Assembly (NCBI RefSeq): GCF_041563035.1
Contig: NZ_JBFFNS010000013.1
Coordinates: 9,353 to 73,352, forward strand
Length of the DNA stretch: 64,000 bases
Source of the DNA: Sulfurimonas sp.
Lineage (GTDB): Bacteria > Campylobacterota > Campylobacteria > Campylobacterales > Sulfurimonadaceae
Direction: 5' to 3'
The notes beneath the pieces were generated by a model that made no database searches, was not told the DNA's origin, and saw only the letters and a list, made by a program, of their open reading frames with translations. This document shows, in pieces, positions 29,410-38,837 of the stretch; the first letter of the stretch is position 1; the number at the start of each line of letters is the position of its first letter. The translations under genes and the position numbers were made by a program.

Positions 29410-30340
29410 GACAAAAGCGTGGTTGGGTACTACTCCCTATAGAGACTATGAGATAAGCATAGCATCTGCAGATGCAAGTTTTAGAAAATACTATAGGCTG
29501 TCTGGGGCGAACAAAACACTCCTGCTTATGGACTCATCACTGGAAAAAGATTCTCTTGCTCCTTTTATAGATGTGACTTCAAGACTCTTGGATGTAGATG
29601 TTAATGCTCCTAGGATTTTAGAGAAAAACCTTAAAGATGGTTTTTTGATTATTGAAGATTTTGGGAATATTCACTATCTAAATATACTAAATGATACAAA
29701 CTACAAAGAGCTTTACTCAAAAGCAATAGATACAATCATAACTATGCAAGATGCAGATACAAAAGATTTACCACTTTACGACAAAGCTTTTTTACATTTT
29801 GAGATGGATTTGATGAAAGATTGGTACTTAGAGAAGAACCTAAAAGTAACTCTAAATAAATCTCAGAAAAAGACCATTGAAAAGTCGCTAGAGACAATCT
29901 CAAATGTAGTTCTTTCTCAGCCACAAAACGTCTTTGTTCACCGTGATTATCACTCAAGAAATATCATGTTGACAAAGGATGACAAAATAGGTGTTATAGA
30001 CTATCAAGATGCAATGAGAGGAGCGATTACTTATGATCTAGTCTCGCTTCTAAAAGATTGCTACATTGCTTATGAAAGAGAAGAGATAGAAAAACTTGTT
30101 TTAGAGTTTCGTGACAAAAAAGGCTTGGACGCAAGCAATAGCGAATTTTTAAAATGGTTTGACTTTATGGGAATGCAACGACATATAAAAGTCCTAGGAA
30201 TCTTCTCTAGGCTATTCCTGCGTGACTCTAAAGACGGTTACTTAAAAGATATTCCCCTAACACTAAAATACACTATAGATGCAGCTAGCAGATACGAAGA
30301 GACAAAAGATTTGGCAGAACTTTTAAAAGAACTTCAATGA
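29402..30340 (+). CDS. amgK: MurNAc/GlcNAc anomeric kinase (APH-fold)
   Basis: DASFRKYYR, EDFG, HRDYHSRN, IDYQDA, YDLVSLLKD and QRHIKVLGIF motifs; directly upstream of murU. Confidence 0.9.
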   Translation: MDKTKAWLGTTPYRDYEISIASADASFRKYYRLSGANKTLLLMDSSLEKDSLAPFIDVTSRLLDVDVNAPRILEKNLKDGFLIIEDFGNIHYLNILNDTNYKELYSKAIDTIITMQDADTKDLPLYDKAFLHFEMDLMKDWYLEKNLKVTLNKSQKKTIEKSLETISNVVLSQPQNVFVHRDYHSRNIMLTKDDKIGVIDYQDAMRGAITYDLVSLLKDCYIAYEREEIEKLVLEFRDKKGLDASNSEFLKWFDFMGMQRHIKVLGIFSRLFLRDSKDGYLKDIPLTLKYTIDAASRYEETKDLAELLKELQ

Positions 30341-30993
30341 AAGCGATGATACTCGCAGCTGGTCGTGGTGAGAGAATGCGACCGCTTACAGACACTCTTC
30401 CAAAACCACTTCTTGAAGTTAGAGGAAAACCTCTTATAGTCTGGCATCTACAAAAGCTTGCACAGAATGGCTTTAGAGATATAGTAATAAATATTGCTCA
30501 CCTTGGATATAAAATACCAGAAGCTCTTGGCGACGGCTCGAAATATGGAGTAAATATAACTTACTCTGATGAACAAGACGAAGGAGCTTTAGAGAGTGCA
30601 GGTGGAATCGTAAAAGCTTTAGCTCTTCTCGGTAATGAACCTTTTTTAGTTGTTAATGGCGACGTCTTTTGTGACTATGATTTTGATGCTGATTTTGACC
30701 TAGGAGAGAATTTAGCCCATCTTATTTTAGTTCCCAATCCTGAGCATAATTTGGACGGAGACTTTGGCTTAAATGGAACTTCCGTTTTAAATGAAGACCA
30801 AATAAAATATACTTTTTCAGGCATAGGCTACTATAATCCAAAACTATTTAGTGAGTTAGAATATGGCAAATCTGCTTTAGCCCCACTACTTAGAGAGAAA
30901 ATAAAAAATAAAAAAGTTACTGGTGAACTATATAAAAATATGTGGCATGATATCGGTACACCACAAAGATTGAAAGATATAAATAATGATTAA
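30337..30993 (+). CDS. murU: N-acetylmuramate alpha-1-phosphate uridylyltransferase
   Basis: MILAAGRGERMRPLTD..PKPLL, LESAGG, VNGDV and WHDIGT motifs; ATGA overlap with amgK. Confidence 0.9.
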   Translation: MKAMILAAGRGERMRPLTDTLPKPLLEVRGKPLIVWHLQKLAQNGFRDIVINIAHLGYKIPEALGDGSKYGVNITYSDEQDEGALESAGGIVKALALLGNEPFLVVNGDVFCDYDFDADFDLGENLAHLILVPNPEHNLDGDFGLNGTSVLNEDQIKYTFSGIGYYNPKLFSELEYGKSALAPLLREKIKNKKVTGELYKNMWHDIGTPQRLKDINND

Positions 30994-31957
30994 ATTACTT
31001 TTAGCTGCACTAATAGCAAGCACACTATCGGCAAAATATACAAACTGTGAATTTCAAAACAAGCATTACATAGATGTGTGTAAAAAGGCTGTCAAAAATG
31101 GTGTCTCATACAACTATGCGAACAAATTTTTACTTTCTTATTTTAAAACACAAAAGTATGATGAGATAAGTTGGAAGTATCTTCAACCTCGTCATATAAA
31201 GACTCATAAAAAGAGTGAAAAAAAAGCTAATAATGTATTGGTAAAACATATTCCAAAAATAGTGCTCCATCTACAAAAATACAAAGAGGTCTATGACTAC
31301 AGCGAGAAAAAGTATGGTGTAAATCGTGAGATAATAGCAGCTATACTAATGAAAGAGACAAAACTTGGAAAGATAAAACCAACTCATGATGCCTTTATAG
31401 TATTTAATACCATCGTTGTTAGAACAGATCCAAAAACTTCACGCCAAAAGTGGCTGCTAAAGATGGGTAAAACCAATATGGTCTCCATCATCACACACTG
31501 CTATAAAAAAGGGGTAGAACCTGAACAGTGTAATCTACCGAGTTCTTATGCCGGTGCTGTTGGCATTCCTCAGTTTATGCCAAACAGTTTTGTATATACA
31601 GATGGCTATAAATCTAAACATGCTGATCTGACTAAGATGGAAGATGCTATTGTCTCTGCCAGTAAATTTCTTCATAAAAAAGCGAATTTTTCTGAGCTTA
31701 TAAAGTGGGACAAGATGCCAAATATGCCAAAAGTAGAATCAGAGTGGTATGACTATGAGCACAAATATGAAAATGCTTCACTTGTTTACACAGAGAACAA
31801 GCATGGGAAAAAGTATAAGTGCTTTACATGTAAGAAAAAAGATTTTGATTATTTTAAAGAGTATGCTAAAAAGATTATGAGGTATAACAACTCATCTAAC
31901 TACGCTATCGGGGTTATGAGGCTGGCATACGACTCACACTATTTGCTCAGTAAATAG
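30986..31957 (+). CDS. Lytic murein transglycosylase, MltB/SLT_2-like
   Basis: Signal peptide, ILMKET catalytic Glu region, SSYAGAVGIPQFMP and RYNNSSNY motifs. Confidence 0.82.
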   Translation: MIKLLLAALIASTLSAKYTNCEFQNKHYIDVCKKAVKNGVSYNYANKFLLSYFKTQKYDEISWKYLQPRHIKTHKKSEKKANNVLVKHIPKIVLHLQKYKEVYDYSEKKYGVNREIIAAILMKETKLGKIKPTHDAFIVFNTIVVRTDPKTSRQKWLLKMGKTNMVSIITHCYKKGVEPEQCNLPSSYAGAVGIPQFMPNSFVYTDGYKSKHADLTKMEDAIVSASKFLHKKANFSELIKWDKMPNMPKVESEWYDYEHKYENASLVYTENKHGKKYKCFTCKKKDFDYFKEYAKKIMRYNNSSNYAIGVMRLAYDSHYLLSK

Positions 31958-32750
31958 TAGCCTTCAGCGTATGAGTCTTTCCCGGTTCTACTAATCTAAA
32001 ATCATCAAATGCATTGGCTGATTCGATGCAGACAAAATCCTTATATGCCTCATCTCTCATAGCACTCATTCTTTTACCTTTTTCTATCCAAGGATTCCAG
32101 ATTACTACTGAAGATGAACCTTCATTGTTTATGTGGATAGTTCTATCTTTATCTGTTAGTAAGATTTCAGAATTTACCTCTTGGTAAACTCTATCTACTT
32201 CCTCTTCAAACACAACATCTCCACTTTGAGTTAATTGCTCATTTGTAAGAGCATCTAAGAATGGTTTTTTATCAAGACCTTTTACTTTTGCATCTGAAAT
32301 ATGTGAAACAGGAAAATAAGTATGAAGAGCTTGTGTGATTTTAAAAGTTTTATCATCAATGTTTTTTGTAGTAAGTTCCATAGTAAGCTTGTCTGAGACA
32401 GTTACTTTTAACTCCAGTTCAAACTTGTATGGCCATAGAGTTAATGTCGCTTCTGAGTGCTTTAAAATGAGTATAACTTCCGTTGTGTTGGCATCTAACT
32501 CTTTAGTACTTGTATGTTCAAACAACGCTGTCCTTGCAAAGCCGTGCTGAGGCAAGTTTGGGTTATTCATTCCAAAAGATGGCCAGCAGACAGGAATTCC
32601 ACCACGGATGGCTTTGCCCACTTCAAAATCACTTATTTCACTAAGCCACAAAAGAGGTTTTTCACCTTTACGAGAGTAGTGAAAAATATGTGCTCCTTGA
32701 AGTGCGATCTTTGCAGATGCAGAGGCGTTGTTTATTTCAACAATTACCAT
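31947..32750 (-). CDS. D-hexose-6-phosphate mutarotase (aldose 1-epimerase family, YeaD-like)
   Basis: LQGAH, AIRGGIPVCWP, HGFAR, ALHTYF, VIWNPW and FVCIE motifs. Confidence 0.9.
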   Translation of the reverse strand: MVIVEINNASASAKIALQGAHIFHYSRKGEKPLLWLSEISDFEVGKAIRGGIPVCWPSFGMNNPNLPQHGFARTALFEHTSTKELDANTTEVILILKHSEATLTLWPYKFELELKVTVSDKLTMELTTKNIDDKTFKITQALHTYFPVSHISDAKVKGLDKKPFLDALTNEQLTQSGDVVFEEEVDRVYQEVNSEILLTDKDRTIHINNEGSSSVVIWNPWIEKGKRMSAMRDEAYKDFVCIESANAFDDFRLVEPGKTHTLKATIY

Positions 32751-34012
32751 GATGATTTCTTATGCCATTTAACTGCATACATAAGTATAAAGAGATAACA
32801 GACTATGCCAACTAGATATGATGACTGCATATCTCCACTTATTTGAGCGACTTTACCAAATGCAAGTGGAAGTATCGCTCCGCCGGCAATTGCCATGATT
32901 AGAAGTGCACTTCCCTGAGCTGTGTACTTACCAAGACCGTCTAATGCCAGAGGCCAGATAGTAGGCCAGACAAGAGCATTGGCAAATCCAAGAAGCGCAA
33001 CGAAAGTAACCGTATCTGGAAGTGTAGGTACTCCACTCCATCCCCATAAGATCTCTGATATTTGATGTGAAGTGCTCGAACTGTAAGCAACTCCTATTAA
33101 AAACAAAATCCCCACAATAGCAGAGCTCATAAGTGCTTTTTCTTGTGAAAGAAACTTAGGTATAAAGGCAACTCCGACTAGATACCCAAAAACCATAAAG
33201 ACCATCGTATAAGATGTAAGCGCAGTTGCATTTTCAACATTCAGTCCTTGAGCATAAAGACCGATAGTATCACCGGCTATAACTTCTATACCTACATAAA
33301 AAAATAGAGCAACAGCCCCAAGTACAACACGAGGAAAATGAAAAATTGTATCTTTATCGTAAGAATCCTCTTTTTCAAACTCCAACTCTGGAATAGATGA
33401 AAACTTTACTAAAGCTATCAGTCCAGTTAAAACAACTGCCATGATGATGTATGGAATAATAAGCCTAGACGCTAACTCTTTTGTATCTATAGACGCAAGA
33501 CTCTCAGATGATAGAGATGGAATATCTGCTAGGATTAAAGATGTAAAAAGAAGTGGAACTAAGACTCCTGCACTTTTATTTATCAATCCCATAATAGAGA
33601 TTCTCATTGCGGCACTCTCTATTGGTCCAATCAAAACCACATAAGGGTTAGATGCAGTTTGAAGTATTGTAAGCCCGGTTCCAAGAGTAAATAGTGCCAC
33701 TAAAAATAGTAAAAAGTCAGCACTAAGAGCGGCAGGGATAAAAACTAAACTACCCACAACCATAACTCCCAGACCAATGGCCATACCATTTTTGTATCCA
33801 GTACGTTCAAGTACAAATGACATCGGCAGAGCCATAACCGTATAAGCTATATAAAAAGCAAAAGTTACAAAGAGAGCTTGAAACTCATTCAAGTCACAGA
33901 TGACTTTTAAAAATGGGATAAGTGAACCATTTAACCAAGTTACAAAACCAAAAATAAAAAATAAAAGACCAATTATTATCATTGCAAACGAGTTAGTATG
34001 GTTTCTACGCAA
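32744..34012 (-). CDS. MFS sugar permease, glucose/galactose (GluP/NagP/FucP) family
   Basis: FFIFGFVTWLNGSLIP, LQTASNPY, FYVGIEV, WPTIWPLAL and MAIAGGA motifs. Confidence 0.9.
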   Translation of the reverse strand: MRRNHTNSFAMIIIGLLFFIFGFVTWLNGSLIPFLKVICDLNEFQALFVTFAFYIAYTVMALPMSFVLERTGYKNGMAIGLGVMVVGSLVFIPAALSADFLLFLVALFTLGTGLTILQTASNPYVVLIGPIESAAMRISIMGLINKSAGVLVPLLFTSLILADIPSLSSESLASIDTKELASRLIIPYIIMAVVLTGLIALVKFSSIPELEFEKEDSYDKDTIFHFPRVVLGAVALFFYVGIEVIAGDTIGLYAQGLNVENATALTSYTMVFMVFGYLVGVAFIPKFLSQEKALMSSAIVGILFLIGVAYSSSTSHQISEILWGWSGVPTLPDTVTFVALLGFANALVWPTIWPLALDGLGKYTAQGSALLIMAIAGGAILPLAFGKVAQISGDMQSSYLVGIVCYLFILMYAVKWHKKSSW

Positions 34013-34832
34013 ATTTTAATCCTTCGAGATATTTAGCAACTCCGTCTTCATCATTTGTATGAGGTAGAATAATATCAGCCTCATTTTTAACTTCCACCTG
34101 TGCATTCGCCATTGCAACAGAAGTCGCTGCTAATGCAAACATCCCTAAATCATTAAAATTGTCACCAAATACAGTAAGTTTAGAGAGATCAAACCCGCTG
34201 TACTCGCTAACACTTCTAATGCCATGAACTTTGTCAGCATCTTTATGAAGAATAGTTAAAAAATAGCAGCCGACATAAGCCTCAGGTGCTAGGATAAACT
34301 TTAAAGAATTTCCAAATATTTTCTCTAAAAGAGCTGCTAACTGACGAAGCAGTTTCTCTTCACCCATATAGACTATTTTAAAGTTATCATCCATTGCTCT
34401 GATTTCTTTGCACTCCTGCAAGTTATCATCTTTTGCGTAGCGAGTAAGTACTTCTTTTTGGTGCTCATTTAAAATGCTTGAATAAAGGAAAGCCTCATTT
34501 AGATTCTCATCTGCAAGTGCTAAAACAAATGGATATATACCAAACTTTCCACCTTCATTTATAATAATATCTGCTATCTCCTTACTTATAAACTTAGTGT
34601 CAATTATCTTTTTGTCCATAGTTGCTACTAATGCACCATCGAGAAGAATCATGGGAGCATTTATATGTACATTTTCTAAAAACTGTGCTGTTTTTTTGTA
34701 TGTTCTTGCAGTCGCAACGCTTAAAATAGAGTTTGTAGATTTTGAATTCCAAATAGTTTTAGTATAATCACTAATAGATAAATCAGTTTTCAAAAAAGTA
34801 TGGTCAAGGTCTGTAATATAAATATTTTTCAT
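34005..34832 (-). CDS. Cof-type HAD-IIB phosphatase
   Basis: TDLDHT (DxDxT), VATAR, DKVHG and FGDNFNDLGMF motifs. ATG at 34832 is preferred as the start. Confidence 0.88.
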   Translation of the reverse strand: MKNIYITDLDHTFLKTDLSISDYTKTIWNSKSTNSILSVATARTYKKTAQFLENVHINAPMILLDGALVATMDKKIIDTKFISKEIADIIINEGGKFGIYPFVLALADENLNEAFLYSSILNEHQKEVLTRYAKDDNLQECKEIRAMDDNFKIVYMGEEKLLRQLAALLEKIFGNSLKFILAPEAYVGCYFLTILHKDADKVHGIRSVSEYSGFDLSKLTVFGDNFNDLGMFALAATSVAMANAQVEVKNEADIILPHTNDEDGVAKYLEGLKFA

Positions 34833-34864
34833 GTTGAGATTATAACCAAAATAGGAAGAAGTAG

Positions 34865-35560
34865 ATGAAGAGAGCAATAATTACCGGTGCGAGTAGTGGG
34901 ATTGGCAAAGAGATATGTAAAAGACTTCTAGAACTACACTATGAGGTTATCGGAATCAGTAGAAGTATAACAGATGAGGAGTTTAACACTCCGCATTTCA
35001 CGCCACTTCAAGCTAATCTATCAGATGAAAAATCAACACTTCTAACCTGCAACAGTTTAAAAGATGAAAAGATTGATATGTTAATAAACTGTGCCGGTTT
35101 TGGAAGGTTTGAGCCGCATGAAGAACTAAGTCCAAAGACTATTACGGATATGACTTTTTTGAACCTGACAGCGCCGATGCTTCTAACAAATGCTCTACTT
35201 AGATCTCTGAAGAAAAATGATGGATATCTTATAAATATCAACTCCATCGAAGCTATCAAAACGAGTAAATTTGCAGGTGTATACAGTGCCACAAAAGCTG
35301 GTTTAAAAGCCTTTAGTGATTCTCTTTTTGAAGAGACCAGAAAGAGCGGACTTAGCGTAACAAACATAAATCCGGATATGACTCAGACATCTTTTTATGA
35401 TGAACTGCGTTTTGACACAAGCGATAAAGAAGAAGAAAGACTATTGGCATCTGATATAGCAGATGCTGTTGAACATATTCTCACTATGAGAAAAGGTGCA
35501 GTCATAAGCGACTACACAATAAGAAGTTTGAAATTTGGAATTTCTAAAAAAAGTAAATAG
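34865..35560 (+). CDS. Short-chain dehydrogenase/reductase
   Basis: ITGASSGIG, INCAG and YSATK motifs. Confidence 0.88.
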   Translation: MKRAIITGASSGIGKEICKRLLELHYEVIGISRSITDEEFNTPHFTPLQANLSDEKSTLLTCNSLKDEKIDMLINCAGFGRFEPHEELSPKTITDMTFLNLTAPMLLTNALLRSLKKNDGYLININSIEAIKTSKFAGVYSATKAGLKAFSDSLFEETRKSGLSVTNINPDMTQTSFYDELRFDTSDKEEERLLASDIADAVEHILTMRKGAVISDYTIRSLKFGISKKSK

Positions 35561-35566
35561 TTAAGA

Positions 35567-35821
35567 CTAGAGTTTAATATCTAACTTATTTATTTTTTGT
35601 CTTTCTGTAGATCGAAGAAAAGCTATATTTTTTTTAATTTTATTCATGGAGATTTTCGTCTCATCTTGAAGTGTATATAAAAGCTCGGTAGCTTCTTTGA
35701 GAAGGTAAATTGCCTGTTCAACCTCTTCTGCTTCACTTAATTCTGGAATATCATCCAAAAGCGCATCTAAAGCGTCAGTGTTTTTTTCAATAATGGCTAT
35801 TTTTAATTTAGTTAGCCACAT
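35567..35821 (-). CDS. Small helical flagellar protein downstream of fliS (FliT-like)
   Basis: 84 aa helical protein overlapping the fliS stop; occupies the position of fliT in fliD-fliS-fliT operons. Confidence 0.55.
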   Translation of the reverse strand: MWLTKLKIAIIEKNTDALDALLDDIPELSEAEEVEQAIYLLKEATELLYTLQDETKISMNKIKKNIAFLRSTERQKINKLDIKL

Positions 35822-36182
35822 TATTAGTTTCTCTCCAAGCGTCTAAAAGACCTCTGAAAACATTACTAACCTCATCAAGTTGTTCAATATTCTTTTCAAC
35901 TCCAGCAGATGCTAAAAGTTGAATCTGATAGTTGTAAAGACCTTCTAAATATGTAGCAACGTCACCTTGGGAAGTGTCCAAAACTAAAATAAGCTCGGTA
36001 ATAATAGCTATAGAACGATTTGTCCAATAAACTCTTTTTTCAATATCACCATCTTTGATAGCTTTTTTTGCTTGTGCATTAAAACGAAGAACACCCTCAT
36101 AAAGCATCTCTATAAGTTTTGCCGGAGACTCGATTCCTACATTGTTTTGTGCATAAATATTATGAGCATTACTACCATACAT
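35808..36182 (-). CDS. fliS: Flagellin export chaperone FliS
   Basis: ESPAKLIEMLYEG and LEGLYNY motifs; ATG at 36182 with an AAGGA RBS. Confidence 0.93.
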   Translation of the reverse strand: MYGSNAHNIYAQNNVGIESPAKLIEMLYEGVLRFNAQAKKAIKDGDIEKRVYWTNRSIAIITELILVLDTSQGDVATYLEGLYNYQIQLLASAGVEKNIEQLDEVSNVFRGLLDAWRETNNVAN

Positions 36183-36228
36183 GTTAGATCCTTTTTTACC
36201 ATCTTTACTAATTTCTTTCATGATAAAT

Positions 36229-36255
36229 ATATCGACATTTCAAATACTATCTTTA
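36229..36255 (-). promoter_or_regulatory. Sigma28 (FliA) promoter upstream of fliS
   Basis: TAAA-N15-GTCGATAT with exact 15-bp spacing. Confidence 0.78.
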
Positions 36256-36272
36256 GCTATTTTCCTACAAAT

Positions 36273-37649
36273 TTAGCTATTTTGTGCTGCTGTTTGAGCA
36301 TTTGCTATCTGAGCAAACATTGATGATGCTGAGTTTAGTTTACTTATTATCAAATCATAAGCAGCAAATCTTCTTGCCATGATTTCATATTTAGATTCCA
36401 GTCTCTCATTTGCCAATGTTTTTTTATCTTCAAGAGAACTAATAGAGTCTGTAATAGAGCTTTTTAATTGATCTAATGTAGCATCATATTTTGTATATTC
36501 CTCTATTTTGGTTGCATATTCATTAAATGCACCATCTAACTCTGTAGTTGTACCATCTCCATTATCAAAAGTTCCTCCGGCAAAAAAAGCTTCTACATTT
36601 GCAGAATTTTCATCCATTTTTGTAGTTAAAACATCTTTATCAAGTGTCATAACCCCTTCTTTATCTACATCAAAACCATAATCAATTAACGAACCAACAC
36701 CGCCGCCTATACTTTGTACCATATCCTCAATAGTAGACAACATATTTTTTATAGTACTTTCAGAAGAGAATGAACCTCTAGTTTCACTATCTACACTTGA
36801 CAATACCATCTTTTTAATGCCAGATACAGATTCATTGTATTTTTCTACAAAACTATCAAATTTTGCCATTATTGTTTCGCGGTCTTGAGATATATTCACT
36901 TGAGATGTACCAACTTCTTTTAAAGTGATACTTACTCCACTAAGTAAATCATCTACAGTATTACTTGTACGAGATATAGGTAACCCATTAAATGTAAAAG
37001 CTGCATTGACACCACTCTGAATGGCAGCTGCATCAAAATCAGTACTTAACTTTGAGTCTATTGTACCAGTTACATCTGTGATCGTAATATTTTGTGTTGT
37101 ACCCGTATCAGCGGAGCTTATAAATAGTCTAAAATCAGTAGCACCGATTTGGACAACTGTTGCATCTACTTTATCTCCGGCGACATCATTTATCAAGGCT
37201 TTTAACTCTTTAAGTGTAGTCGTATCTGTATAATCTATTGCAAAATCTTGACCATCAATATTTAAATTTATTTGTCCTGCGCCACCAGACACTAAAGCAT
37301 CCTCGCTAGCAAATGAACCAGACTGCTCTATTTGTTTTGTAGCTAAAGTTGTAACATTTAGACTGAAATCTTGTATATCACTACCTGCAGCCGCTGTTAC
37401 AGCTACTGATGTCCCAGTTATTTCAGCCCCTCTTTCGTCATACAAACTACTGCTATTTAGTTCATTAATACTATCTATTAGATTTGTCATATACGAATCT
37501 ATAACTTCCAAGTCATCCTGTTTTTTATTTTCAACAGTAAGCTTGCTACTAATAGGAGTAACATACTTAGCATTATCCGCAGCTCTAAGTTGATCAATAA
37601 CATCTTGAGTTAATATACTTGAACCAGCTCCTAGTGAACTAATACCCAT
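36273..37649 (-). CDS. fliD: Flagellar filament capping protein
   Basis: MGISSLGAGSSILTQDVIDQL N-terminus, SRTSNTVDDL, FVEKYNE, and C-terminal RFAAYD..ISKLNS. Confidence 0.93.
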   Translation of the reverse strand: MGISSLGAGSSILTQDVIDQLRAADNAKYVTPISSKLTVENKKQDDLEVIDSYMTNLIDSINELNSSSLYDERGAEITGTSVAVTAAAGSDIQDFSLNVTTLATKQIEQSGSFASEDALVSGGAGQINLNIDGQDFAIDYTDTTTLKELKALINDVAGDKVDATVVQIGATDFRLFISSADTGTTQNITITDVTGTIDSKLSTDFDAAAIQSGVNAAFTFNGLPISRTSNTVDDLLSGVSITLKEVGTSQVNISQDRETIMAKFDSFVEKYNESVSGIKKMVLSSVDSETRGSFSSESTIKNMLSTIEDMVQSIGGGVGSLIDYGFDVDKEGVMTLDKDVLTTKMDENSANVEAFFAGGTFDNGDGTTTELDGAFNEYATKIEEYTKYDATLDQLKSSITDSISSLEDKKTLANERLESKYEIMARRFAAYDLIISKLNSASSMFAQIANAQTAAQNS

Positions 37650-37702
37650 AACAAATCCTTTCCTTTAAATAATCTTTCATTATTATAATATCTATTGACT
37701 GT

Positions 37703-37729
37703 AAATCGACCATATAATAAATATCTTTA
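37703..37729 (-). promoter_or_regulatory. Sigma28 (FliA) promoter upstream of fliD
   Basis: TAAA-N15-GTCGATTT with exact 15-bp spacing. Confidence 0.8.
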
Positions 37730-37741
37730 ATCACAATATAT

Positions 37742-37758
37742 TTGGTATTATTATTGCT
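37742..37758 (+). promoter_or_regulatory. Candidate sigma54 (-24/-12) promoter of the glycosylation island
   Basis: TTGGTAT-TATTA-TTGCT: GG(37744-45)-N10-GC(37756-57), 39 bp before the neuB ATG. Confidence 0.55.
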
Positions 37759-37796
37759 CAATAATTGAATAGAAAAATCTGTTATAAAGTATAAAA

Positions 37797-38837
37797 ATGA
37801 ATAAACTGATAATACAAGGCAGAGAGGTTAGCAAAGAGACTAAACCACTCATCATCGTCGAAATCGGAATAAATCATAATGGAGATTTAAATGAAGCATT
37901 TAAGCTAGTTGATGCAGCCCATGCTTCAGGTGCTGAAATAATAAAGCATCAAACTCATGTAGTTGAAGATGAGATGAGCAAAGAAGCAAAAAAAGTCATC
38001 CCTGGAAATGCAGATATTTCTATATATGACATTATGGAGCAGTGCGCTTTAAATGAAGAAGATGAGATAAAACTAAAAGAGTATGTTGAATCAAAAGGTA
38101 TGATATTTATCAGCACTCCTTTTTCAAGAGCAGCAGCTGACAGATTAGAAAAAATGGGCGTAAAAGCCTATAAAATAGGTTCAGGAGAGTGTAACAACTA
38201 CCCGCTTATAGAGCATATTGCTTCTTTTGGCAAGCCTATGATTGTCAGCACTGGGATGAATGATATAGCATCCGTAAGAAAAACTGTTGAGATTTTAGAG
38301 AAATATAGAGTGCCTTATGCTCTTCTTCATACAACTAACCTTTACCCTACTCCATCTCACCTTGTAAGACTTGGCGCTATGCAAGAACTCATGATAGAGT
38401 TTCCAGAAGCGATAATAGGACTTTCAGATCATACTACTTCAAATCTTGCATGCTTTAGTGCCACAGCACTTGGTGCCTGCATCTTGGAAAGACACTTTAC
38501 AGACAACATGAGTAGAATCGGTCCAGATATTATAAATTCCATGGATCCAAAAGCTTTAAGTGAATTAATAGAGGGCAGTGCTGAAATAGTAAAGATGCGC
38601 GGTGGTAAAAAAGAAGCTGCTGCAGAAGAGCAAGTTACAATAGACTTTGCTTTTGCTACAGTTGTTACAATTAAGCCTGTAAAAAAAGGTGAACTCTTTA
38701 CAAAGGAAAACATCTGGGTAAAAAGACCTGGAACCGGAGAAATACAAGCCCAATATTATGATGATGTACTTGGAAAAGTATCATTAAAGGATCTGGAAAA
38801 TGACGAACATCTATCATGGAGCGATATTGATGAGTAA
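37797..38837 (+). CDS. neuB: Nonulosonic acid (N-acetylneuraminate-family) synthase
   Basis: [30 protein letters not shown] and ERHFT motifs; C-terminal SAF domain (VKRPGTG). Confidence 0.92.
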   Translation: MNKLIIQGREVSKETKPLIIVEIGINHNGDLNEAFKLVDAAHASGAEIIKHQTHVVEDEMSKEAKKVIPGNADISIYDIMEQCALNEEDEIKLKEYVESKGMIFISTPFSRAAADRLEKMGVKAYKIGSGECNNYPLIEHIASFGKPMIVSTGMNDIASVRKTVEILEKYRVPYALLHTTNLYPTPSHLVRLGAMQELMIEFPEAIIGLSDHTTSNLACFSATALGACILERHFTDNMSRIGPDIINSMDPKALSELIEGSAEIVKMRGGKKEAAAEEQVTIDFAFATVVTIKPVKKGELFTKENIWVKRPGTGEIQAQYYDDVLGKVSLKDLENDEHLSWSDIDE

